Positions 1-5,393 of a stretch of 10,048 bases of DNA are shown piece after piece. The notes below the pieces were generated by a model. That model saw only the letters and a program-made list of their open reading frames with translations, was not told the DNA's origin and ran no database searches. This DNA is from Candidatus Hadarchaeota archaeon (GTDB lineage Archaea; CAYQAE01; CAYVLA01): NCBI GenBank assembly GCA_964452145.1, contig CAYVLA010000122.1:1-10048 (forward strand), written 5' to 3'. Every line of letters starts with the position of its first letter. Within the stretch, counting starts at the first letter, position 1. The position numbers were made by a program, and so were the translations under genes.

Positions 1-30
1 TATGGGGGCTACCCGGCAAGCCCGAACTGT

Positions 31-233
31 GGATCATACTGGATCATATCTTGCTGTATTCGCAACTGCCATACCGGATCATACCGTGTGGTCGCCATAG
101 CTAGTCATTTGTTTGCGAGATCCTTAAGGCCCTGCAGATCATACCAGATCATACCAGATCGTGTAGATATATACACCTGTTGATGTCTACATAGGCCTAC
201 ACAGGCCTACACAGGACTATTCAGGCAGGCCTA
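31..233. repeat. Degenerate 10-bp-period tandem repeats (RGATCATAYY and GCCTACACAG units)
   Basis: GGATCATACT-GGATCATATC (31-50), CATACCGGATCATACC (70-85), CAGATCATAC x2 plus CAGATC (135-160), and CTACATAGGC-CTACACAGGC-CTACACAGGA-CTATTCAGGC (187-226). A near-perfect palindrome GTGTAGATATATACAC lies at 161-176. Confidence 0.85.
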
Positions 234-456
234 GGGATCGCCGCTTTACGACTTCCCAGGCCCACTTGACGTGCCTCGGATACACCGTTTTCAGCATCTC
301 CTGTGAACAGGCTACGCCTGCGAGCCTCGAAGCCTTTTCGGCGGCATGGAAGAGGAGCGCGTCGAGTTCCTCCAAGGCTTCTGGGAGGACGAATCTCGGC
401 TCTATGTCGGCACCGGCAAAGAATCTTCTCGCCAATGCCCTGGACATCATACGCAT
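217..456 (-). CDS. Divergent histone-fold protein (archaeal HMf-like fold), 79 aa
   Basis: Three-helix pattern aligns by eye with HMfB: SRALARRFFAGA (a1), RFVLPEA (L1), LEELDALLFHAAEKASRLAGVACSQE (a2), LKTVYPRHVKWAW (L2/a3; cf. RKTIKAEDIELAV). Typical length, with a TATA box about 28 nt upstream. Confidence 0.75.
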   Translation of the reverse strand: MRMMSRALARRFFAGADIEPRFVLPEALEELDALLFHAAEKASRLAGVACSQEMLKTVYPRHVKWAWEVVKRRSLGLPE

Positions 457-470
457 TATGCATATTGCAT

Positions 471-497
471 TAAGGATTCCTTATAAGTTTTTGGCGA
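471..497 (-). promoter_or_regulatory. Archaeal BRE-TATA promoter of the histone-fold gene (leaderless) with overlapping palindrome
   Basis: Minus strand reads CGCCAAAAA-CTTATAAG (TATA at 487-480), centred about 28 nt upstream of ATG 456. The palindrome TAAGGA-T-TCCTTA (471-483) overlaps the TATA box. Confidence 0.7.
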
Positions 498-520
498 CAA
501 GAATTCCCATAAGGGTTCCA

Positions 521-578
521 GAGCTCGGGAATCATATCGAATCATACTGAATGTCCTCGTGAGCTCTCGAATGTTGCA
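521..578. repeat. Second block of 10-bp-period repeats, same family as 31-160
   Basis: GAATCATATC (529-538), GAATCATACT (539-548), GAATGTCCTC (549-558) and GAATGTTGCA (569-578). GAGCTC occurs at 521 and 561. Compare GGATCATACT/GGATCATATC at 31-50. Confidence 0.7.
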
Positions 579-580
579 TG

Positions 581-665
581 GGTGAAACGTGATCTTCCTC
601 CTAGAAATCTGTTTCACGGGTGAAACACTTATATCCCGAGGACCGGACGCTACAGCGGTGAAACA
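581..665 (+). promoter_or_regulatory. Promoter (BRE-TATA) with phased GGTGAAAC operator boxes
   Basis: GGTGAAAC at 581, 619 and 657 (exact 38-bp period). Inverted repeat TGTTTCAC-GG-GTGAAACA at 610-627, followed by TTATAT at 629-634. The predicted TSS (~657-659) falls on the third box. Confidence 0.65.
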
Positions 666-684
666 TTTGGGTGTAGCAACCTAC

Positions 685-1071
685 ATGGTCGAGTACGTGG
701 CCGCCTGCATCGCCAGCAAGGGTAGGGGCAGGGTGCCCGATGGCGGCATCAGCAGGACGACGAGGTGGCGGGCACGCAAACAGATCCCGGGCGAGACGTG
801 GGACAGACTGTCCGAGGCCATAGGCGAAGCCGTCTATCGAGAGATGACGGATTGCCTTACCTATGGCTCCAACCCCCGGATATACGAGACCCGCATACGC
901 ATCTTGGAGGAGTGGCTATCCCCCTCCGAATCCAGATGGGCTCCTACATGGGTCCCGCCTGGATTCGATGCGAAGGGTGCCGGAGAGATGCTGGAATTCT
1001 ACAGGGCCAAGCTGGCATCCATCAAGACCCGCACAAAAAACTCATCACCCGCCGTTAGCAGCGGCGAGTGA
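685..1071 (+). CDS. Putative HTH-type DNA-binding regulator, 128 aa (the ORF-track start at 589 is probably too long)
   Basis: ATG 685 follows the TATA box and a GGGTG SD-like motif at 669-673. GISRTTRWRARK resembles a Fis/resolvase-type recognition helix, although the preceding helix is not obvious. It is the only credible intact plus-strand gene. Confidence 0.55.
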   Translation: MVEYVAACIASKGRGRVPDGGISRTTRWRARKQIPGETWDRLSEAIGEAVYREMTDCLTYGSNPRIYETRIRILEEWLSPSESRWAPTWVPPGFDAKGAGEMLEFYRAKLASIKTRTKNSSPAVSSGE

Positions 1072-1099
1072 TGCACGGACAGAAAAGGAGAACACACGC

Positions 1100-1464
1100 A
1101 TGGTTAGCTATGCTTTCACCTTGATGATCAGGATCGATCCCATCAAGACCATCGGGACGAGTGAAATCCCGGTGGAATATATGTCTTATGCCCTTAGGAC
1201 CCTACCCCAAAAACCCGTACGGGAGAGGAGTGTCCCAAGTGATTGTGACAGAAAGTGGCACTCAGTTCCCTGGGAACTCGGCGACAGCCTTTGGCACACT
1301 AGTCGTGGGCACAGGATTCGGCTAACCGGGTATCGGGTGCAACCTTTAAATGCGTATCTTGTGGTTACATGGTTCACGCCAACGTGGCGGGAGCCGTTAA
1401 CATAGCGAAACGGGGCCTCACCTATACGGTAAGAGGCCGCAAGGGAGGCGAGCAGACGCGATGA
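1100..1464 (+). pseudogene. tnpB: Internally deleted, frameshifted IS200/IS605-family tnpB (TnpB/Cas12f-like) relic
   Basis: Frame 1, 1315-1464: DSANRVSGATFKCVSCGYMVHANVAGAVNIAKRG...stop, matching the TnpB Zn-finger plus RuvC-III motif (NRxxxxxFxCxxCGxxxHADxNAAxNIxxRG) with D->N. Frame 2 has RKWHSVPW (1250-1273) and WHTSR-GH (1292-1312, first CxxC missing). A possible N-terminus MVSYAFTLMIRIDP starts at 1100 after AAGGAG; this left boundary is uncertain. Confidence 0.75.
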
Positions 1465-1560
1465 CCGGCCTGCTGGGCCCAGAGCAGAAGCAGCTTCAAA
1501 CGGGGCACTTGCAGCCCCAGGGCGCACCGCAGAATGCGGGTCCCGGAAGGGATACTAAGA
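1414..1560 (+). ncRNA. Candidate omegaRNA/sotRNA-like structured RNA overlapping the tnpB 3' end
   Basis: Series of stems: GGCCTC-ACC/GGT-GAGGCC (1414-1438), AGCAG..TGACCGG..CTGCT (1451-1474), GGGGC/GCCCC (1502-1518), CCGCA-GAA-TGCGG (1527-1539) and TCCC-GGAA-GGGA (1541-1552). This is where TnpB guide scaffolds lie. Ends are approximate. Confidence 0.45.
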
Positions 1561-1663
1561 GCGGGTCGCCGCAGATTGATCCGCGATCAGAGCACAAAAA
1601 CACGCAGTTCCACAGGTCGAATTATCGTGCAAGGAATACCCGGAATAAGGATGCACAGGGCTC

Positions 1664-1882
1664 CTAGATGCGCTCGTAGACAATCTTGCCCTTGCCGCAG
1701 CGGCGGCGAAAATGGGCGTTGCGCCGCAAAACGAGGGCGCACAAATGCGGATTTGCGCCATAGTTGGAGTGGCACTCCTTCACGTATTGTCTGAGGTCGT
1801 GGATCGACACGACCGTGCCTGGGGCCAGGGATTCTGCGAACCTGTCCGCATACCTGTATATGAGTTGCTTCATGGTACTCAA
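1664..1882 (-). CDS. Small basic protein, probable winged-helix DNA-binding protein, 72 aa
   Basis: ATGA overlap with the upstream gene. Pattern helix-PGTVVSIHDLRQYV-helix-basic beta hairpin (FRRRCGKGKIVYERI). Last gene of the minus-strand block. Confidence 0.65.
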   Translation of the reverse strand: MSTMKQLIYRYADRFAESLAPGTVVSIHDLRQYVKECHSNYGANPHLCALVLRRNAHFRRRCGKGKIVYERI

Positions 1883-2163
1883 AACACGTCTCCCAGTTCG
1901 CCTCTCTTCTCCTCAAGCTCTTGGACTTTTTTCGTCAAATCGTCCACCTTTTTATCCCTGGCCCGGTTCAAGAAGAAGTTCCCCACAGGGAATACCATCA
2001 CCCAGAGAGGCAGCATCACCAGGAATGCGCTCGTCACGTAGTTGCGGTATGTGACTAGCAGTTGAACCGCGACGAACAAGTATATCGTAAACCTCACGTA
2101 GATCTCGACCGCGAGGCCATACGACCCGATGATCTCGTAGACCCTGAGAATTAGTTGCTTCAC
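1879..2163 (-). CDS. Small membrane protein with C-terminal coiled coil, 94 aa (GTG start at 2163)
   Basis: GTG 2163 overlaps the TGA of the 2160-2381 gene and follows GAGGGAG. Two hydrophobic segments are followed by DKKVDDLTKKVQELEEKR. Confidence 0.7.
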   Translation of the reverse strand: MKQLILRVYEIIGSYGLAVEIYVRFTIYLFVAVQLLVTYRNYVTSAFLVMLPLWVMVFPVGNFFLNRARDKKVDDLTKKVQELEEKRGELGDVF

Positions 2164-2381
2164 TCGGATAACTCCCTCGTTGACCTTTGCAACAATTCCT
2201 TCGCCTTCGACATCAAAAAGAGTATGACGAGGATCAGCATAATCATCATCAGCACGCGCGTAAAGCTTGCCGTCATCCCCTCCGTCACGTAGATCCATAT
2301 GATCTTGAGGAGCATGGCTATATAGAGAACCACTAAAGCCCCTATGAGGAACAGCAATGCGACTAGGATAGCCCATCTCAT
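2160..2381 (-). CDS. Small two-TM membrane protein, 73 aa
   Basis: ATGA overlap with the upstream gene. Two very hydrophobic helices and a charged C-terminal tail. Confidence 0.7.
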   Translation of the reverse strand: MRWAILVALLFLIGALVVLYIAMLLKIIWIYVTEGMTASFTRVLMMIMLILVILFLMSKAKELLQRSTRELSE

Positions 2382-2671
2382 TGAGAAGCCAACGCCTCGC
2401 GGGTTACGGGATCGGTGTCGTACGTCTCCCAGAAGATGCTTTGCTCGATCGGGTAAAGCTCGCCGTGGACCCCCTTGATGACGAAGTGCTTCCCCGGAAG
2501 AGCGGTCATCACGCCCTCCATGGTGGGGATATCCTCAAAAGGCGGCCTCACCTTCCTGACCTGGATCATCACAGGCTTCTTAGTCGCGTCGAACCACTCA
2601 AACCATGAATCTCGATGCCATCGAGCTATTCTGAGCAATTCATCCATCTTATGTCCTTCTTGCCGCTTCAC
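2378..2671 (-). CDS. Conserved phage-type hypothetical protein (PGDYG-like)
   Basis: IPTMEGVMTALPGKHFVIKGVHGELYPIEQSIFWETY matches the widespread phage motif IxTxEGxMxAxxGDxxIxGxxGExYPxxxxIFxxTY. GTG 2671 has a GGAGG RBS and a GTGA overlap; alternative start ATG 2647. Confidence 0.7.
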   Translation of the reverse strand: MKRQEGHKMDELLRIARWHRDSWFEWFDATKKPVMIQVRKVRPPFEDIPTMEGVMTALPGKHFVIKGVHGELYPIEQSIFWETYDTDPVTREALASQ

Positions 2672-3042
2672 GGTGATTCCTCCGCAGAAGAATCGTGGAA
2701 GCGCTGGAAGCGCTGCAACCAGAGCTTGCACACGTTGTACCCCCAGAGCTTGGCCCTCAACGGTTTGGAGAGACAGTATCCAAGCTCGTGGTTCCTGTCC
2801 CGCACCCAGAAGCTCGCCTTATCGACGGTGAACGAGCACGCCATCATCGAGTTGCCGATCACGAGCTTCACGGCGACCACGCTGACCACGTCCTCCGCGT
2901 CAGTCTTGACCTCCATCTCGGACCTCGGGCTCCATGAACCCTTCTTCCTGATGAGTTCCAGCATCCTGCCGAAAGCGTCCAGGCTGATCGGCTCGTAGCT
3001 CAACTCGCCGCGCACCTCGAACACCTTTGACATGCTGGGCAT
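2668..3042 (-). CDS. Hypothetical protein, 124 aa
   Basis: Fills the gap in the operon and is coupled to the downstream gene. Globular alpha/beta-like composition; no motif recognised. Confidence 0.65.
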   Translation of the reverse strand: MPSMSKVFEVRGELSYEPISLDAFGRMLELIRKKGSWSPRSEMEVKTDAEDVVSVVAVKLVIGNSMMACSFTVDKASFWVRDRNHELGYCLSKPLRAKLWGYNVCKLWLQRFQRFHDSSAEESP

Positions 3043-3054
3043 AGAATCAGGCCT

Positions 3055-3624
3055 TCAGGACTTCAGAAAGAACATGCGGATGAGCATCACGAATATGCCG
3101 ACCGAGACGAGGAGACCTACGAACGCGACGATGAAGACCGGGTTATGCCACGCGGATAGATGCACCTCGAACGCCTTCTTCTGGTAGGCCCTCTGGATCG
3201 CCGTGGCTGCCTCCCCTGAAGAGATGCGGCTGTGTGAGAACTCGTCGACTATGCAGCCCACCGGCCTGTCCTCCTTGTAGACCGAGCACGGGCTCACCCC
3301 TCCCCACCTATTCTTTTTGAGGTAGGTCCAGGCCTCGTCCCTCAGGTATACCTTGTCGCCGACCTGCAGCAAGTCGTGCTCGGCGGGATAAGCCCACTTC
3401 CCCTTCAAGAAGCGGTCCCTCGTCAGGATGATGACCCAGACCCACTCCCGGCGGTCGAGCACGTTGCGGATAACCCAGCCCACGACCCCCATGCTGGGGC
3501 CGTGCTCGGATCTCCTCAGCACGACGGCGGCAAAGAAAAGGAATGTGGCTATGAGCAAGACGGTCATAACCGCCGCGTTCATCACGATTCTCAACGGAGG
3601 CACGAATATTTGCATCATCTTCAT
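3055..3624 (-). CDS. Membrane protein with N- and C-terminal TM helices around a soluble domain, 189 aa
   Basis: ATG 3624 overlaps TGA 3621 of the upstream gene. TM segments IVMNAAVMTVLLIATFLFFAAVVL and VFIVAFVGLLVSVGIFVMLI. Confidence 0.75.
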   Translation of the reverse strand: MKMMQIFVPPLRIVMNAAVMTVLLIATFLFFAAVVLRRSEHGPSMGVVGWVIRNVLDRREWVWVIILTRDRFLKGKWAYPAEHDLLQVGDKVYLRDEAWTYLKKNRWGGVSPCSVYKEDRPVGCIVDEFSHSRISSGEAATAIQRAYQKKAFEVHLSAWHNPVFIVAFVGLLVSVGIFVMLIRMFFLKS

Positions 3625-4307
3625 CGCTTCCTCTGAGTCAGCCTCTCGGCAAGAGAGTCGAAAAAATCTTCGCCGAGCACGGGCCTCGTCGGACCCGTGA
3701 GGATCTGAGTCGCTTCCTGGCGGCTCTTCCGGCCCACGCTCGCCATAGCCTCTAGCAGCATCTTGATCGACATCTCGTAGGCTTTGAGTTCGTACGTGCA
3801 CGCAAACTCTAGCTCCTCGCAGAGCACGATCGCGTTCGGAGGCACCTCGCAGTAAAGCTCTGAGAGCATGAGTATGTCTCCCCTGCCGAGCATGATCGCC
3901 GTCGGATCGATCGCCGACTGTCTCTGCAGCCCGAAGGCGTCGAGCACCCCGATCTGGGTCTCGGGCTCGGTGCTAGGAAATCTCCCGGACTCGACCCACA
4001 TTTTAAGCTCGCTGGACAGGACGGCCATCCTGTTCCTCAGATCGTTGTAGTCCTTGATGCAGCCCTTCGCCTGATCCTGCTTGCTCTTAGAGTAGGCCGC
4101 CTTCTCTCTCTCGGAGACTGCGCGCCACTCCTCTATCCCGTCGAGGCAGGGCCTAGGCTTCTCAGGCTTGATCACCTTGTCCCAGGCGAAGCCCTGCCCA
4201 CACTTCTTGCACGGCTCGCCGACGGAGACGGGGCCCGCGCAGCTAGAGCATTGCCAGGACTTGGAGAGAGCCTCAGCCCTCGACATCTTCTTCCTAGGCA
4301 GAATCAT
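3621..4307 (-). CDS. Zn-ribbon-containing alpha-helical protein, 228 aa
   Basis: WQCSSC-x9-CKKCG zinc ribbon followed by a coiled-coil-like region. GGAGGT RBS upstream of ATG 4307. Confidence 0.8.
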   Translation of the reverse strand: MILPRKKMSRAEALSKSWQCSSCAGPVSVGEPCKKCGQGFAWDKVIKPEKPRPCLDGIEEWRAVSEREKAAYSKSKQDQAKGCIKDYNDLRNRMAVLSSELKMWVESGRFPSTEPETQIGVLDAFGLQRQSAIDPTAIMLGRGDILMLSELYCEVPPNAIVLCEELEFACTYELKAYEMSIKMLLEAMASVGRKSRQEATQILTGPTRPVLGEDFFDSLAERLTQRKR

Positions 4308-4632
4308 GCTGACAACCTCCCCTCTTCCCTATCTCGGGGCAGGGACCATTTTTTTCTGAGCAAACCCAGGCCTCGCCCTCTAAGCGGAGGCACTCGCAGA
4401 GAAAAGGGTCGCCCGCTGCGTCCAGGGGAAGCGACTCGCAAAGCATGGCCCAGGTATCGGCGAATATCTCCATCCCCCTGGGGATTCGACGGAAGCTGAC
4501 GATTGAGCCCAGCTTACCTAGATCCCCGTGCTTGAGCAAGGCCCGCCTAAAGATTTCTTGGAGCCCCACGCCCTCGTTGGCGACGACGACCTGGCTAAGT
4601 TTCCCCGTCTTCACGGAGTATTTCTCGTACAT
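4294..4632 (-). CDS. Hypothetical protein with Cys-rich C-terminus, 112 aa
   Basis: GAGGAAG upstream of the ATG, and it overlaps both neighbours. C-terminal CEC...C...CP...C could bind metal. Confidence 0.6.
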   Translation of the reverse strand: MYEKYSVKTGKLSQVVVANEGVGLQEIFRRALLKHGDLGKLGSIVSFRRIPRGMEIFADTWAMLCESLPLDAAGDPFLCECLRLEGEAWVCSEKNGPCPEIGKRGGCQHDSA

Positions 4633-4780
4633 TCTTCCTCGTCATCTCCTCTTCCAGCAAGATCCGGACCATGTTCGATCGGGTCCTCTTGCACTCGGCA
4701 GCCCTCGCGTCCAGGGCTTGAATTAAATCCCTGGGAAGGCTGATCGTAACCCTGTCAAACTTGTCAGAAGCCATAACCAT
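4595..4780 (-). CDS. Ribbon-helix-helix (CopG/NikR-like) transcriptional regulator
   Basis: RVTISLPRDLIQALDARAAECKRTRSNMVRILLEE is a canonical RHH pattern. The GAGGT RBS favours the second ATG (4774). Confidence 0.9.
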   Translation of the reverse strand: MVMASDKFDRVTISLPRDLIQALDARAAECKRTRSNMVRILLEEEMTRKNVREILREDGET

Positions 4781-5063
4781 ACCTCGACGCGACGGTGTGC
4801 AGATACACGCCGACGATGATCCCCAGACAGTAGAACGTGCTCACCACGGGGCCGAAGACCACGCTCGCGCCCAGAATGCAGACGACCAGCAATGCGGTCC
4901 TCAGGAACTCCTTCTTCTTCTTGTCCTTCGCGACCCCGTCCTCTAAGCGCTGCCTGTCCTTGAAGGTGGAATCAACCTCTTTTTTCGCCCACTCTTTGAG
5001 CCCCTGCTTGTATCCCTCAGCGAACCCCATCTTCCAGTCTTCGTTTTCGTCCATTTCGTCCAC
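4764..5063 (-). CDS. Small membrane protein with GxxxG heptad-like N-terminus
   Basis: GFAEGYKQG motif, a Lys-rich linker and a C-terminal hydrophobic hairpin. The GAGGTG RBS suggests the true start is ATG 5054. Confidence 0.7.
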   Translation of the reverse strand: MDEMDENEDWKMGFAEGYKQGLKEWAKKEVDSTFKDRQRLEDGVAKDKKKKEFLRTALLVVCILGASVVFGPVVSTFYCLGIIVGVYLHTVASRYGYGF

Positions 5064-5391
5064 CTCGTTTGTCGTGTTTGTCGTAGGTGACTGCGAGCCC
5101 GACGGCCGGGATAAGAGCGCATACCAGGAGTACGATGGCGATCGAGGATACCCCCACCGTGCGATCGGATAGGATCAGGGTCTCCGCGACCCCCACGGCC
5201 TGATTCATGCGGACCCCCGGCTCAACGTCGATCATCCTGTAGACAGTCCGATTCTCCCTCGTTGACTCCGTGCCGTACCACAGCACGGATAGTCCGAGGC
5301 AGGCAAAGGCGGGGATCGCGAGCGAGTAGTATGCGATCCTCATCAGGACCCTGAATCGGTGCCTCACGGGCCTCAGCCTCATTATCCTCAT
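5017..5391 (-). CDS. Two-TM membrane protein, 124 aa
   Basis: Arg-rich N-terminus, TM IAYYSLAIPAFACLGLSVLW, a loop, TM VGVSSIAIVLLVCALIPAVGLAV and a basic tail. Starts 2 nt after the upstream stop. Confidence 0.7.
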   Translation of the reverse strand: MRIMRLRPVRHRFRVLMRIAYYSLAIPAFACLGLSVLWYGTESTRENRTVYRMIDVEPGVRMNQAVGVAETLILSDRTVGVSSIAIVLLVCALIPAVGLAVTYDKHDKRGGRNGRKRRLEDGVR

Positions 5392-5393
5392 AA

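Noticed and set aside
31..226. CRISPR or mini-CRISPR array
   Set aside because: The units are 10-bp tandem repeats with no unique 30-40 bp spacers.
610..627. Functional bacterial parS site
   Set aside because: It has a 2-bp insertion at the centre, the context is archaeal and no parA/parB is in the window. Kept only as an operator-like palindrome.
1019..1150. 11-bp direct repeat CCATCAAGACC (1019, 1140) as target-site duplication or att core
   Set aside because: It does not bracket the relic, IS200/IS605 elements make no TSDs, and it is plausibly chance.
863..1405. 180-aa plus-strand ORF as a real gene
   Set aside because: Its N-terminal part overlaps the 685-1071 gene out of frame, and its C-terminal part is tnpB debris that shifts frame near 1313.
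1500..1565. HDV-like self-cleaving ribozyme (hairpin followed by CTAAGAGCG)
   Set aside because: I could not find the matching P2 strand or the P3/L3 core upstream.
1186..1916. Several short overlapping ORFs (1186-1527, 1461-1667, 1534-1794, 1555-1761, 1587-1916)
   Set aside because: They have low-complexity Arg/Ala/Pro-rich translations and no RBS, and they overlap structured RNA or the better 1664-1882 gene.
2164..2376. N-terminal extension of the 165-aa ORF
   Set aside because: It overlaps the 73-aa membrane gene. A coupled GTG start with an RBS at 2163 explains the region better.
3625..3801. N-terminal extension of the 248-aa ORF
   Set aside because: It lies inside the 3621-4307 gene. 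The ATGA-coupled start at 3624 is more plausible.
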